A stretch of DNA of 63,877 nt, the filler included, from Octopus bimaculoides (taxonomy: Eukaryota), in assembly GCF_001194135.2 (NCBI RefSeq). It is 7 parts of 7 records of this genome, joined end to end, with 100 filler letters (N's around TTAATTAATTAA, not from the genome) between each part and the next. Parts side by side here need not be neighbours in the genome. Positions count along the whole stretch, not along the records: positions 1 to 13,198 come from NC_069000.1; 6 more parts are not named here. The stretch is one strand, 5' to 3'. The notes beneath the pieces are model-generated. The model saw nothing but the letters and a program-made list of their open reading frames with translations, did no database searches and had not been told where the DNA came from. The translations under genes were made by a program, and so were the position numbers. Numbering within the stretch: position 1 is the first letter of the stretch; each line of letters begins with the position of its first letter. Below, in pieces: positions 1 through 10,949 of this stretch.

Positions 1-63
1 AGTCAAATCGTCCAACCCATGCTAGCATGGAAAGCGGACGTTAAACGATGATGATGATGATGA
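1..63 (+). repeat. 3' end of an abundant interspersed repeat with a (GAT)n tail
   Basis: agtcaaatcgtccaacccatgctagcatggaaagcggacgttaaac(gat)n recurs at ~13587-13652 and inverted at ~43260-43330. Confidence 0.85.
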
Positions 64-481
64 TTATTATTTACCTTTTATTCAGTTTATTTATGTTTTA
101 TCTATATTATATATATCAGTGTTGTTGTTTAGTTCCCGGTGATTTCTAATTTAGTATACTCTAATCAAAAGCATTTCAGATGCATCCAGCCTATTGTTTT
201 TTTTTTGGGGGGGGGGTTCAGACAATGGACAATAGTCACTAATTTGTCCTTGCTTTTCTAAAACATTAAGGTATATTAAATAAAGAAGACTTGGCTTCTA
301 TTTTTAACATGTCAAGCAACTAAGTAAAGATTGTCTTTATCATCATTACAATTTTCACTTTGGCTGTCACATTTTTTTCCCATGCAAGGAGGGTTTGAAC
401 AGGTCTGCAACACAAGATTTTTTCTTGAATCTCAGTTGTTACTGTGAGTCCTAACATTCAAAAGTTTTTTTTTATGAAATA

Positions 482-963
482 CAGGGTAATTCAAAATGAA
501 TGGTACAAAAGTAAGACATACATGTGGACACCCTTTGCTACACAGCAGGTGTCTACATGAAAGTCTAGTTTTTACTGCACTCATGCCAGCATAGCCTGAT
601 TCGTTGAGTCAACCAGGTTTGCCTATCTGCTGCTTTGATTCTTGTAAGTCCAGTGGAAGTGCGGGCATGAACATCTTGTCATTCAGATACTCCCAAAGAA
701 AAAAGTTGCAAAGTGTTAGGTCAGAAGACCTAGTGGGACAGACCATTAATGGCAAATCATTCAGCCCAGCATGGCCAATCCAGCATTCTGGAAGATGCTG
801 GTTGAGGTAATTGTGTACATGTCTACGCCTATGTGGCAGGGCCCAGTCTTGCTGCATAGTGAAGTTGAGTACCTCTTCTTCCAACTGGGACAACAACCAA
901 ATGGACAGCATGTCAAGGTAGATGCACCCTGTAACAGTGGACCATTTATTTTGAACTGCCCTC
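482..963 (-). mobile_element. Internally deleted Tc1/mariner-superfamily DNA transposon
   Basis: Imperfect TIRs (cagggtaattcaaaatgaatggt / rc gagggcagttcaaaataaatggt) flanked by TA. ORF 609..911 carries a degenerate catalytic C-terminus (CPTRSSDLTLCNFFLWEYLNDK, cf. WPPRSPDLTPxDFFLWGYLK). Confidence 0.85.
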
Positions 964-1614
964 TATTTTGTATAACATCTACTTTTATCTATATTTACCT
1001 AGTGTAGTTTCTATTTTTAATTCACAAAACTTTTTTCTCCAGTCAATATTTTATTACAAGTACACTACAACATTCACCTGCCAATGCCTTTGATGATGAC
1101 AACATACTTAACTCATTTTACTCTAGCTAGGTTTAACACATCGCCAGCTGATAAGCCAATGAGAGAGTGTCTAAATGCAGTCGTTCAGCTGACAAGAAAT
1201 AGCAGCCAAATCTCTACCAAAACAAACCCTACTATTTTAAAAATACTGACAACATATTGAATAACATAGTCCTAGATATACAGGAAGACAAAGATGTTCA
1301 TGAATGGAATGCTTTTCACCACAATTCTGTTGTATCAAAGTTGACCTGGGTTAAACAACACAACCACCAGCTGATTCTTTGGTGCATTTTGTAGAGTTCA
1401 CTCTGTCGTAGGCATCTTTTCCCTGTTGACAATAGCTTGCAGATGTTCAAGTTGGACATCAGTCACAGCAATCTCATTCTACAAGGACTACTTGCACAGT
1501 CCACTCCTACCTTCACCAACTTACTATAGATAAATATATTATGTACTGTGTACTCTACTAACAAAGAGAAAACTGCTTCTTTTCAATACATTGAACAGTT
1601 CTTGCAATATCTTC

Positions 1615-1808
1615 ATACTTCCCTCTCACTATACCTCCACTTCTAACTCTCCTTTCACTCCACCTCCACTTCAAACTCCCCTCTGACTACACCTTAACTT
1701 CTAATTCCCCTTCTAAATACACCTCCATTTCTAATTCCTCTCTAACTACATTGCCACTTCTAATTCTTCCTCTAGCTACACCTCCACTTCTAATTCCCCT
1801 CCAACTAT
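1615..1808. repeat. Minisatellite, ~29-30 bp unit, ~6 degenerate copies
   Basis: Unit approximately acctccacttctaattcccctctaactac repeated in tandem. Confidence 0.85.
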
Positions 1809-1982
1809 GGCTAATAACAAATCTCGTCACAATCTACTGTCTTAATAAAGAAAGGCCATCTCTAAAAAGGTTGGCTATGGCTGTATTGCTATTGATCATG
1901 TGACTACTTCATCAAGGCTGACCTCAAGCTAAACAATAGCAACAACTTATATTTGCTTGGAAAACTACAATTAAAAACTCAC

Positions 1983-2130
1983 CTTTGCTGATTAGATACT
2001 TGACAATATCCACAACGCCATAGTGTACAGCATAGCAGAGGGGTGGCCATGTTGCACATTCTCCACCATCAGTCTTGATGTGAACAGGTTTGTTGATGCT
2101 GCATACTCCACCATTACACAAACCAACAAA
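1983..2130 (-). CDS. Ankyrin-repeat protein, coding exon 2 (phase 0 to 1)
   Basis: Acceptor tgttttctttatctgtacag, donor AAAG|GTGAGT. 148 nt encoding FVGLCNGGVCSINKPVHIKTDGGECATWPPLCYAVHYGVVDIVKYLISK(G); the PLxYAVxxGxxDIVKYLIxxG motif is an ankyrin repeat. Confidence 0.85.
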
Positions 2131-2380
2131 CTGTACAGATAAAGAAAACATGTTCTGTGTCATGATAAAACTATAAAAATTATAACTAAAATGTAGCACT
2201 TCAACAAATCCAATTGAATTCAACTTCATTGTCACTGAATACCACAAAATTCAATTGAATTGAATAAATCATTTCAAAAAACAGTTTCTAAAAATGAAAA
2301 CAGGCATGTACTATCACATGTATATTACTTTGAATGCAGGACATTGAACATATGGACCAGTTTGTTTGATGTTAATTGAA

Positions 2381-2426
<46 letters not shown>

Positions 2427-3566
2427 ACAAAGTGATTTTGTCTCTACAAGAAAGATTCTAGAAGTAAATTTGGTGGCAGCATTCATTAAAACAATGCAAA
2501 GATAGCGCTGAAAAAAATTGCTGACACAAGTAGAGCAATTATTCTATGTGAATAGTTCTTTTTTACACAGACACAATTCCCCCTCATGTCCATGAAAAGT
2601 GAGAATGTGTAACGTTCATACTTTTCCTATGGGTTTTAACTAGCTAAGGTCATAATCAAAACTTAACTGTTATACACACAAACACTCTGCAAAACATCTA
2701 AAATGCTTTCTGAGTGGCTAAACTCACTCACAAACACACTACAACTACACATAGAACCTCTTCTCTATTGCTCCTTCTGCTGCAACTAGAATAAGTCTTG
2801 CTTTTCTAGTAAGCTGTTTAACACCTACTGCACTCACAGCATCCTCTTCTGTCATCCCTATTCAACCATGCTGAATCAGAGCTAACTTGAGCTAAACAAC
2901 AAATGACAATCAAAGTTTCTAGCTACTTTGATAAATAAAAACGAAACTTGTTGCATGACAGATGTACGCGAGGGATTGTTAAAACTATTCACCGGCGGTC
3001 ACACAACACGAGTCCTTTAAATGGAAGTATGTTCATACTTTGTTTTTCTGTAAAATATATTTGGAAATTATTTAAATTAGTATTTTTAGTTTCTTCCCCT
3101 AAAATAACTATCAAAGCATTCATACACATAAAATCGGTTGTTCTTATTTCGAATATCTCACTAAAAGAAACCCAGGTGATAGAGAACAATGTAATGTTAA
3201 ACGGTTTTTCTTTTTCAAAAATGAAACTCACAAGTACTTTTTAAAGCCACCTCCGCCTCATAATTTTTTTCATCGTTAATTTTGCTCTGAGAAACATTTT
3301 TTACTCATTCAGATATGATCTACACAGAAGAAACTACCGAAAAATATAGACACTAATTTGTTGGATCTATAGACCGAAATATTTTACGGCTCATAGTTTC
3401 AGCATTCTTTGGATATAATCTCTTATTACAATTAAACAGCAAACTGCATGCTGTTAGGATTTTTTTTTTCTTTCAAATAGATCTCACAGTATCGATTTCT
3501 TGTTGCCTTCTTCATAGAAAGAAATGAATACGTTTTGCGATATACCTTAACCTAAAGAAATTTGCA

Positions 3567-3606
<40 letters not shown>

Positions 3607-3928
3607 ATACATATTTATAATCGAACTCCGGTGCTTACTACGCCATGGCGTTCACCAAGACAAAGGTATTTGACGAAAAACGATCAGAATTTGATTAAAA
3701 CAAGTGAAACACCTGATCCTACATGTCCCACGGCACTTCGGCAATTTTATCTTTCACGAATGAGGAAGCAACACAAATGAAAACATAACTCGTTATTTAA
3801 AAGTTGACAAAAATTCCCGAAAGGAGCAGGTAAAGGTAACAAGAATTAAATTAACGAAGTTGTGGTAATTTGAAGTTCTTGAGAGTTGTAACAATACAAT
3901 GAGGTTTTGGGGCACGCTGCACAATTAC

Positions 3929-3988
3929 CTGTTCCACATCGTTTGTTGATATAGCGTTAAGTAAGCATCGTTGTTTACTTTGGGTCAT
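3929..3988 (-). CDS. Ankyrin-repeat protein, probable first coding exon
   Basis: ATG at 3988 reads MTQSKQRCLLNAISTNDVEQ, then donor CAG|GTAATT in phase 0, matching the 2130 exon. LLNAISTNDVEQ resembles an ankyrin N-cap. A possible acceptor (catttcag) lies 6 nt upstream of the ATG. Confidence 0.65.
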
Positions 3989-4259
3989 TTTCACCTGAAA
4001 TGTCAACACTTGTTCGTGAGAATAACCATTTCTGAGGAGACAAGTTGCGCAATAAAGAACGATAACTCAAAGTTACTAAGCCTTTTCATCTAAATGCTAT
4101 AATTTTGGCTGACGTTGACCTAATCGTTATAAAGCGAAAGGTAAATTCCCGGCAAAATAGTTTCGATTCTCGATTAAATCCTTCATACTACTAACGACGT
4201 TGGGAAATGTTTTCAAATACTCTCTGAGCTGAGTAAAAACAAAATTTCGATTGAAATAT

Positions 4260-4637
4260 GTTGTTGTTGTTGGCACTCCGTCGCATACGACGTCGAGAGT
4301 TCCAGTTGATCCGATCAACGGAACAGCCTGCTCGTGAAATTAACGTGCAAGTGGCTGAGCACTCCACAGACACGTGTACCCTTAACGTAGTTCTCGGGGA
4401 TATTCAGCGTGACACAGTGTGACAAGGCTGACCCTTTTGCATTACAGGCACAACAGAAACAGGAAGTAAGAGCGAGAGAAAGTTGTGGTGGAAGAGTACA
4501 GCAGGGTTCGTCACCACCCCTTTCCGGAGCCTCGTGGAGCTTTTAGGTGTTTTCGCTCAATAAACACTCACAACGCCCGGTCTGGGAATCGAAACCGCGA
4601 GTCCACTGCCCTTACCACTGGGCCATTGCGCCTCCAC
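4260..4637 (-). mobile_element. Full-length tRNA-derived SINE (family A) with 12-bp TSD
   Basis: Minus-strand head ggaggcgcaatggcccagtgg...gtttcgattccc (A/B boxes) and (AAC)n tail. CGATTGAAATAT at 4248-4259 and 4638-4649. Homologues at ~48953-49244, 53408-53775, 59030-59147. Confidence 0.9.
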
Positions 4638-4884
4638 CGATTGAAATATATGATTATCATAAATCCATTCACTGTTGTAAATTCGTAAAACCGTAACGGT
4701 AAACTCTACTGCATGATTTATCGTATTTAGTCCTAAACGTCTCTACTCTAAATTCAAATTCCGCCGCCAAAATTAACTTCGCCCTCTGTTCCCACTGTGT
4801 CGATAAAATATTTAGTTTACGTCCTTCTTCAGCGTAGCCCGAGAAACACGGATCTGTTTGTATATGTAAAAGTAGATATTGATT

Positions 4885-5060
4885 TCAAATTTTGGCGCAA
4901 GGCCGGCAAGTTCGGGGGGCGGGAGTAAGTCGATTACATTGACCCCAGTGCTCAACTAGTACTCATTTTATCAACCCAAAAAGGATGAAAGGCAAAGTCG
5001 ATCTCGGCGGAACTTGAACACGGAACGTAAAGGCGGACGAAATGCCCGGCATCCTAACGA
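4885..5060 (-). mobile_element. tRNA-derived SINE (family B), partial
   Basis: Matches the reverse complement of the 63358-63540 copy (gtcgattacattgaccccagtg...ggatgaaaggcaaagtcga). Confidence 0.85.
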
Positions 5061-5649
5061 TGGAATTATTAGTTACGTGCTGCTTGAATAAGTAAGGTAG
5101 TCATTACCAGCCCATACTTAATTATTAGATAGGAGAAGTAATTGATTTTAAATTCATCATAGAAATGTTAACGTAAGGCCAAACATTCAAAGTATAATTT
5201 CAACAAATGGCTAATATTTTGATGTCAATTTCAGCGTGCTTTTTAACCTCAATCGGGCGGCGATAAAAATACATCAATCTCAACAGTCGCGGGAGGGCTT
5301 ACCTACCAAGTGAATGAAGCCCCCAGTATACATCACATATAATGACATGAGACAGTGTAATTGTAGTGTGAGGAGTGTACACTTGTTTATGTACTTCATG
5401 CGTAATATTTCAGGTCCTAATACCATTAAGTTACAGCTTAAGGAGTTAATTTCTTTTGTGAAATTTTCCGTGGACAAAAACCTTTAACAATTTTATTTTG
5501 GGAAGAAAAAAGATGCAAATATCTGTTCATTTGATAATGAAATTGGATAAATTTAAATAGCTTGGTAAGAATTACTTTAATGAACTCAGTTATACAGAAT
5601 TGAGAATTGTCTTAAATGAAACACAATTTACCTTTGTGTGTGTGTGTGT

Positions 5650-7060
5650 GTTTTGCATAGATTCTGACAAATCGTCTTGATATCTGTGGAAATAATCTTG
5701 CTTATGCGACGCTGAGTTTCTTTTCCGCCATGCTTCAATATTGCTATAGAAAACGTAACTATCAATAGCGTTTGCAGTGTCAAACTGCTTTGGCATTCTA
5801 ACAATTACCGAATCAATAACATCAGAAACATTCTGTTTGAATTCGATTTAAGGCTCGTTGGATCCACCACGATGACTTTCTCAGACATTCTCCTCTGGTT
5901 CATCATCATCTTCAATGACAAATCATGTTCTATCTTTCAAGAAATTTTATTTTGATGGAAAAATTCAATTTCGATTTTCTCAGCAACTAGCTTTGTTTCA
6001 ATTAAAATCCGATCATTTCTCAAGTAGATCTTTTAAATCATTTTAAGCCTGAAACCTCTATATTCACTGTAGCGAGGATCTTTGACTACATCGATGGCAT
6101 AAGGATGCAAATGAAAAATCTTATGTATTCCATTGCGACACTGACTTCAGTTTTTGGAGTAACGCTGAATGACAAACATTTCTTTAGCGGGAGTTGTATC
6201 CCAGTAAGATGATTTTCAATGGGTCTTACACTTACTACTCAGTCTGTCCTATGAGTACCTGAAAAAACTCTAATGGATTCCCCTAGATGCTCTCTGAGAA
6301 TAATCTTACACTGAGGAGTGGAGGAAAACAAAATGTGACTGCAGCATACGGCAGTTTAGGGAATAGAAAGCATGCAAAGTAGATTGATGGCAAGTATGTG
6401 AGGCTACCATTGTACTTGCCAGGTGTGTTGGCGACGTTATCATAAGCCTGTCCTCGACAATCTTTTATAGCTATCACAAAATACTTGAATGTCTCCGTAA
6501 TCAGATTTACTAATTTAGCCCTTGTCTTACAACAATAAACAGAGGTTAAAAATAATTTTGGAACTGCAACAAAAGTGATGCAGAATTTGCAGTTCCAAAA
6601 TGGTGAACTTTGCTCCATATGGCTGGCACCTGTATTTCATAAACCACAATTAGATTTAATCCAAATGTGATTCGGAACATATTCAAAACATTTAATGAAA
6701 TTTTTAAAAGAAATAGTGAACTTGAAGCCGTTCATCCTTTTATTTGGATGTTCTCTTTGTAACTAGACCGACTAGAATTAGTCATAGGCCAAGAGTTCAA
6801 TAATTTATAAGAACTTTCCATTGTGATTGCCACCAATTTATTGGGATGAAGTGCGGAAAGCAAATTTCACTTTACCCAGGAAAAATTACTAACTACATCG
6901 ATTTTCGTTAGTATATATTGACATTTCTCAGTCTCGCAAATGACCCATTTGAGAGATATCGCATTAATCTTGATATCATTTGTTCATCTCCTCTCTGGCT
7001 CATGAGTAATTTCCATGTTCAGGCAACCAGTCAAACAGTTTTCCCCATTTCTGTTCAGTA
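5650..7060 (-). pseudogene. Degenerate hAT (Tip100/ZMYM1-like) transposase
   Basis: ORF 6283..6618 has DCRGQAYDNVANTPGKYNG (hAT GQxYDxAxNMSG motif). Upstream, GGNHNGKFL*IIELLAYD resembles NGNFLxLLELLA. Many stops and frameshifts; boundaries approximate. Confidence 0.75.
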
Positions 7061-7789
7061 CTCCCGTTCTGTTTAGATGCAATGATCTTTGCTGGTGTGG
7101 TTCAGCGGTATGAGAGAAAAACAATGATTACAAAACAGGTAATATAAGGCCTATTTTCTAGGACAAAAGGCAAGCCTTCGTTTGCTTTTGCTTGCATTAT
7201 TTGTTGTTCTAACTTTGATTACAGACATTAGAAATTTTCTTTCAGTAATATTACTTTACTTAACAATCGAACACTTTCAGGTAATGACACGGAACTATGT
7301 GGCGATTATGCGTGGGCAGATAGCATCCTGGATTGACTGAATGTCAATTAGCTATTGTCTTAGTGTTCAATATTACTGTGTCATGCGAACGCGAACAGGA
7401 TGTGGCTCGGCTAATTCAAACATCACATACACGAGTCCAATTGTCATTCGACCATGTTGTTAATTGTATTATATTCAAGGCGTGAACTTAGTTTAAACCA
7501 CATCATCTTTCACAATGAATCCACTCCTGAGTTGAAAGGAAGATTCCTGGTTGTTCTGTCTGTATAAATGTGTGTGGGTGTGTGGGTGTGTCATTTTTCA
7601 GTTTTATTTCAGGATTTCTTGCCAGTAGAGAAAGAGCCAGTTTCTAACCTAGATCCAAGGCTCCTTCATTGGAATTTCAACATCAACAGAGTATCTTAGT
7701 ATGAATGTATACTTGCAGATTCGTGTTTTGTTTTATGTATGTATGTGTATATCTATCTATCTATCTATCTATTTGTATATGTATGTATG

Positions 7790-8121
7790 TGAGCCATCAA
7801 AATTCTCATAGAAATCGACCCATGGTAAACAATGATGTGACTATTAAAATTCATGACAGAACGCGTGTAAAATGTAGAAGGGTGTGTCTCTCAGTTGGAG
7901 GTCTAAAAAGACATGTTAAGATAGTGCATATGGTGACACCTGTTTCTCCTGCCAGCCAGCACAGTTGTCTAGTATGTAATAAAATGTGTAACAGCTTGGC
8001 CAGGCTTAAAAGTCATATAAGGGCATCACATGGCAACAATAATGAATCATTTCAGTAAGTCGTCTTGGCAATGGCCTTTCTCGTGTAACGAGGATGTAGC
8101 TGTGTGTGATATGTATGTATG
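7790..8121 (+). mobile_element. LINE 3' end with C-terminal C2H2 zinc fingers and (TATG)n tail
   Basis: ...CLVCNKMCNSLARLKSHIRASH...*, then short UTR caatggcctttctcgtgtaacgag and a tatg tail. A homologous 3' end lies at ~26680-26840. Confidence 0.65.
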
Positions 8122-8123
8122 TA

Positions 8124-8500
8124 CAGAGTGTTCGGGCTAAATTTGTCAGCTTGCATGAAAGGAAAAAAAAAGAAAAACCCACAATATCCCATCCAAAAAT
8201 AAAAGTATTTAAAAAAATCAGAAAATAGCAACGAGATTATGGTTGAGAGAAAACAGTTTACTCAAAGTAGTTTTCCTCAACATTCATCACAGCCTCAAGA
8301 CGACTCCAAAATCTGGCACATGTGTTCCTTACTATGTCTCTGGGAAGATCTTTGAACAACTCTTTGATCTTGCTCACCAACTCCGCCTTGATGTTGCAGG
8401 CAAAGTGTTTGATATCTTTTTCAACCCCACCCCCACACGTAGTAATCCATGGGAACACAACTGGCGGAATTAGGAAGCCAGACATTGGGGCAGGTGATAA
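8124..8500 (-). mobile_element. Tc1/mariner transposase C-terminal fragment with right terminus
   Basis: ORF 8258..8485 ends AELVSKIKELFKDLPRDIVRNTCARFWSRLEAVMNVEENYFE*, a typical Tc1/mariner C-terminus. Terminus TA|cagagtg at 8122-8130. Confidence 0.75.
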
Positions 8501-8529
8501 GGAAATTCTCCGACAATCATTTCTGTCTT

Positions 8530-8832
8530 ATTCTGAAGGTATAACAAGAAGCTGAATCCTACTCCAATGTAACCGACGTTTGGCCTTGATCGCTTCAGTT
8601 TTATCTCTTGTATTAAAGAGTAAACATAGCCGCTCCGCTGGCAATGAAGAACAGACCAGTGATCCAATTTCTCTGGTCTGAAATTGTGTCAGGTGCTGCA
8701 ATTCATCACAGGCTTCCAGTACAATACAGGAATAGCGTTCTACTGCGTAGAAGTATGTATAAGTGGATCGAGATGTTTAAAAATGGGCGGACAAGAGTGA
8801 AGTACAAAGAGGGACCAGGAAGGCCATCAACC
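8530..8832 (+). mobile_element. Mariner transposase N-terminal (HTH) fragment
   Basis: RPVIQFLWSEIVSGAAIHHRLPVQYRNSVLLRRSMYKWIEMFKNGRTRVKYKEGPGRPST matches the mariner HTH/GRPR-like N-terminus. Confidence 0.85.
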
Positions 8833-9190
8833 TTCCATTTTTTTGTCACCCTTGGGATCACGATAGGCGTTGTGCAGCCTGTATCCACGAGGGCTCTGAA
8901 CACTTTTTCTCTGACCAGGACTTCAACTATGGGCAGCGACTGCACGAGAGCCTCTACTCGTTCGCGGGAAATTTGAGGGGCAGCAACATCCCTCTGACCT
9001 TTTCCCTAGCTGCAATTTCGAACGATGTGCCCTGCCTGCCTGCACCGGTAGCAAACGGGTTCGGGTTTTGTCTCCACACAGTACCTCGCCATGTGCGGTC
9101 CATGGCACTTGAAACACCAGCCCATAAACGGTCGCTGCCGCCAACGCGTTTCCCTCCATAATCATAATTTTCGCTAGGAAAAGAAGTCAT
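8833..9190 (-). mobile_element. LTR retrotransposon (Gypsy-like) gag zinc knuckles plus aspartic protease fragment
   Basis: One frame reads CFKCHGPHMARYC...CYRCRQAGHIVRNCS*GKGQ...VQSLPIVEVLVREKVFRALVDTGCTT: two CCHC knuckles and the DTG protease motif. Confidence 0.85.
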
Positions 9191-9208
9191 AATTAATGTA
9201 TAGTGGCC

Positions 9209-9339
9209 GGTAATAAAGTCACAGGAAAAAACGTCACAATTAATTTACGGAATCCGGACAAAACTACCCCTCTCGGACAAAACAACCCGGTTACAAAACC
9301 CCTGTGACTTTATTATCGTGACTTTTTTTTTTTGTTACC
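9209..9339. mobile_element. Small MITE-like inverted-repeat element
   Basis: ggtaataaagtcacagg (9209-9225) vs cctgtgactttattatc (9301-9317), ends gttacc; internal direct repeat cggacaaaac(t/a)accc x2. Confidence 0.55.
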
Positions 9340-9759
9340 TGGTTTCGTATTTTACGGTAGTGTCTCAGCTTAACCAGAACCGTAGTAGTTCTCAAGATTT
9401 CTAAATAATTTGATATCCGTTGACAACTTGGGTTATATTTTCAAGTTATTTTAATTACATGCGGTGTTGTTATAAACACTTTTATTCTAGAAATCGAAAT
9501 AAGGATCGACCTCGTTTTCTGAACTTTGGAATTAAACGTTTCATTATAGGGTGTTAACCGATAAACGATCTTGTTGATGATAAACAGTAATGCTTGAGGT
9601 GAATATTCTGGGAATTCTTTTTAAAGCTAAATGCTGAAGAGTTGTAAAATTCAATTCGTATTTTTTATCTGAAGTATGTACGAAGAGACAAACAATAGAT
9701 TGTAGTCTTAGCTTATAGATTTCTGAATCACAACTTTTTAAGAAAAACACACACGCACA

Positions 9760-9790
<31 letters not shown>

Positions 9791-10129
9791 GTGAGGCAGT
9801 ATTGGTAGAGAAAGAAGAGTTAGAACAGAGTTTGCTGAAGTGCAAAGCCAATATTTTGTAAGAGAGGCAGTCCTACTATCAATGAATTAATGCTGAAACA
9901 GACGCTCACAAACCTATCCCTCAGATAGTGACATCAGCGCCATAACCCTACCGGTACTTATAGAGCCTACAACAGAGGCAACGAGGTCGCCTGATTTAGT
10001 GGCATCTGAAAAAATTTGACAAACGGAAAATGCAAGCTTTCATGATTACTGGAAAATTGACAAAAGTACTTAGAATTAAACAAAGACATATTCAATGAAC
10101 AATAAACGAAACATAAATAATAATAATCC

Positions 10130-10341
10130 TTTCTGCTATAGTCACAAGGCCTGAAATTTGGGGGGAGGGGATTAGTCGATTATATCGACCCCAGTGTTTC
10201 ACTGGTATTTATTTCATCGACCCCGAGAGGATGAAAGGCAAAGTTGACATCGGTAGAATTCGAACTCAGAACATAGCGACGGGCGAAATACCACTAAGCA
10301 TTTCATCCAGTATGCTAACGATTCTACCAGCTCGCCGCCTT
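10130..10341 (-). mobile_element. tRNA-derived SINE (family B), near full length, CpG-retaining
   Basis: Reverse complement begins ggcggcgagctggtagaatcgttagc and matches 63358-63540. Confidence 0.9.
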
Positions 10342-10887
10342 AATAATGATTTCTTTATTAAACACAAGGGTTTACATTAAGAAAAACATTATGGACAGTA
10401 CAGAACAAAGCAAAAAGATGTGTGAGAGTGTGTGTTGTGAGAGTTTTGCGTGTAAACGAGACTAAGAAATTTTTTTTAAATCAACAATATGTGATCTTCA
10501 ATTGGGAAGAAACGTTGGAGGGTTGCTCATGGNNNNNNNNNNNNNNNNNNNNNNNNNNNNNNNNNNNNNNNNNNNNNNNNNNNNNNNNNNNNNNNNNNNN
10601 NNNNNNNNNNNNNNNNNNNNNNNNNNNNNNNNNNNNNNNNNNNNNNNNNNNNNNNNNNNNNNNNNNNNNNNNNNNNNNNNNNNNNNNNNNNNNNNNNNNN
10701 NNNNNNNNNNNNNNNNNNNNNNNNNNNNNNNNNNNNNNNNNNNNNNNNNNNNNNNNNNNNNNNNNNNNNNNNNNNNNNNNNNNNNNNNNNNNNNNNNNNN
10801 NNNNNNNNNNNNNNNNNNNNNNNNNNNNNNNNNNNNNNNNNNNNNNNNNNNNNNNNNNNNNNNNNNNNNNAAAACTTTCCCGGTTGG

Positions 10888-10949
<62 letters not shown>

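Noticed and set aside
1615-1808. CRISPR-like array (also considered for 54840-54965)
   Set aside because: Contiguous tandem units without unique spacers, no cas genes, eukaryotic context
4560-4637. tRNA genes (A/B-box heads here and at 39167, 53408, 59604, 63358)
   Set aside because: Each continues into a SINE body and tail in multiple copies; no complete cloverleaf evident
7705-8058. Host C2H2 zinc-finger gene
   Set aside because: The ORF starts in a microsatellite, ends in a retro-type UTR and tail, and has a paralogous 3' end at 26.7 kb; better explained as a LINE end
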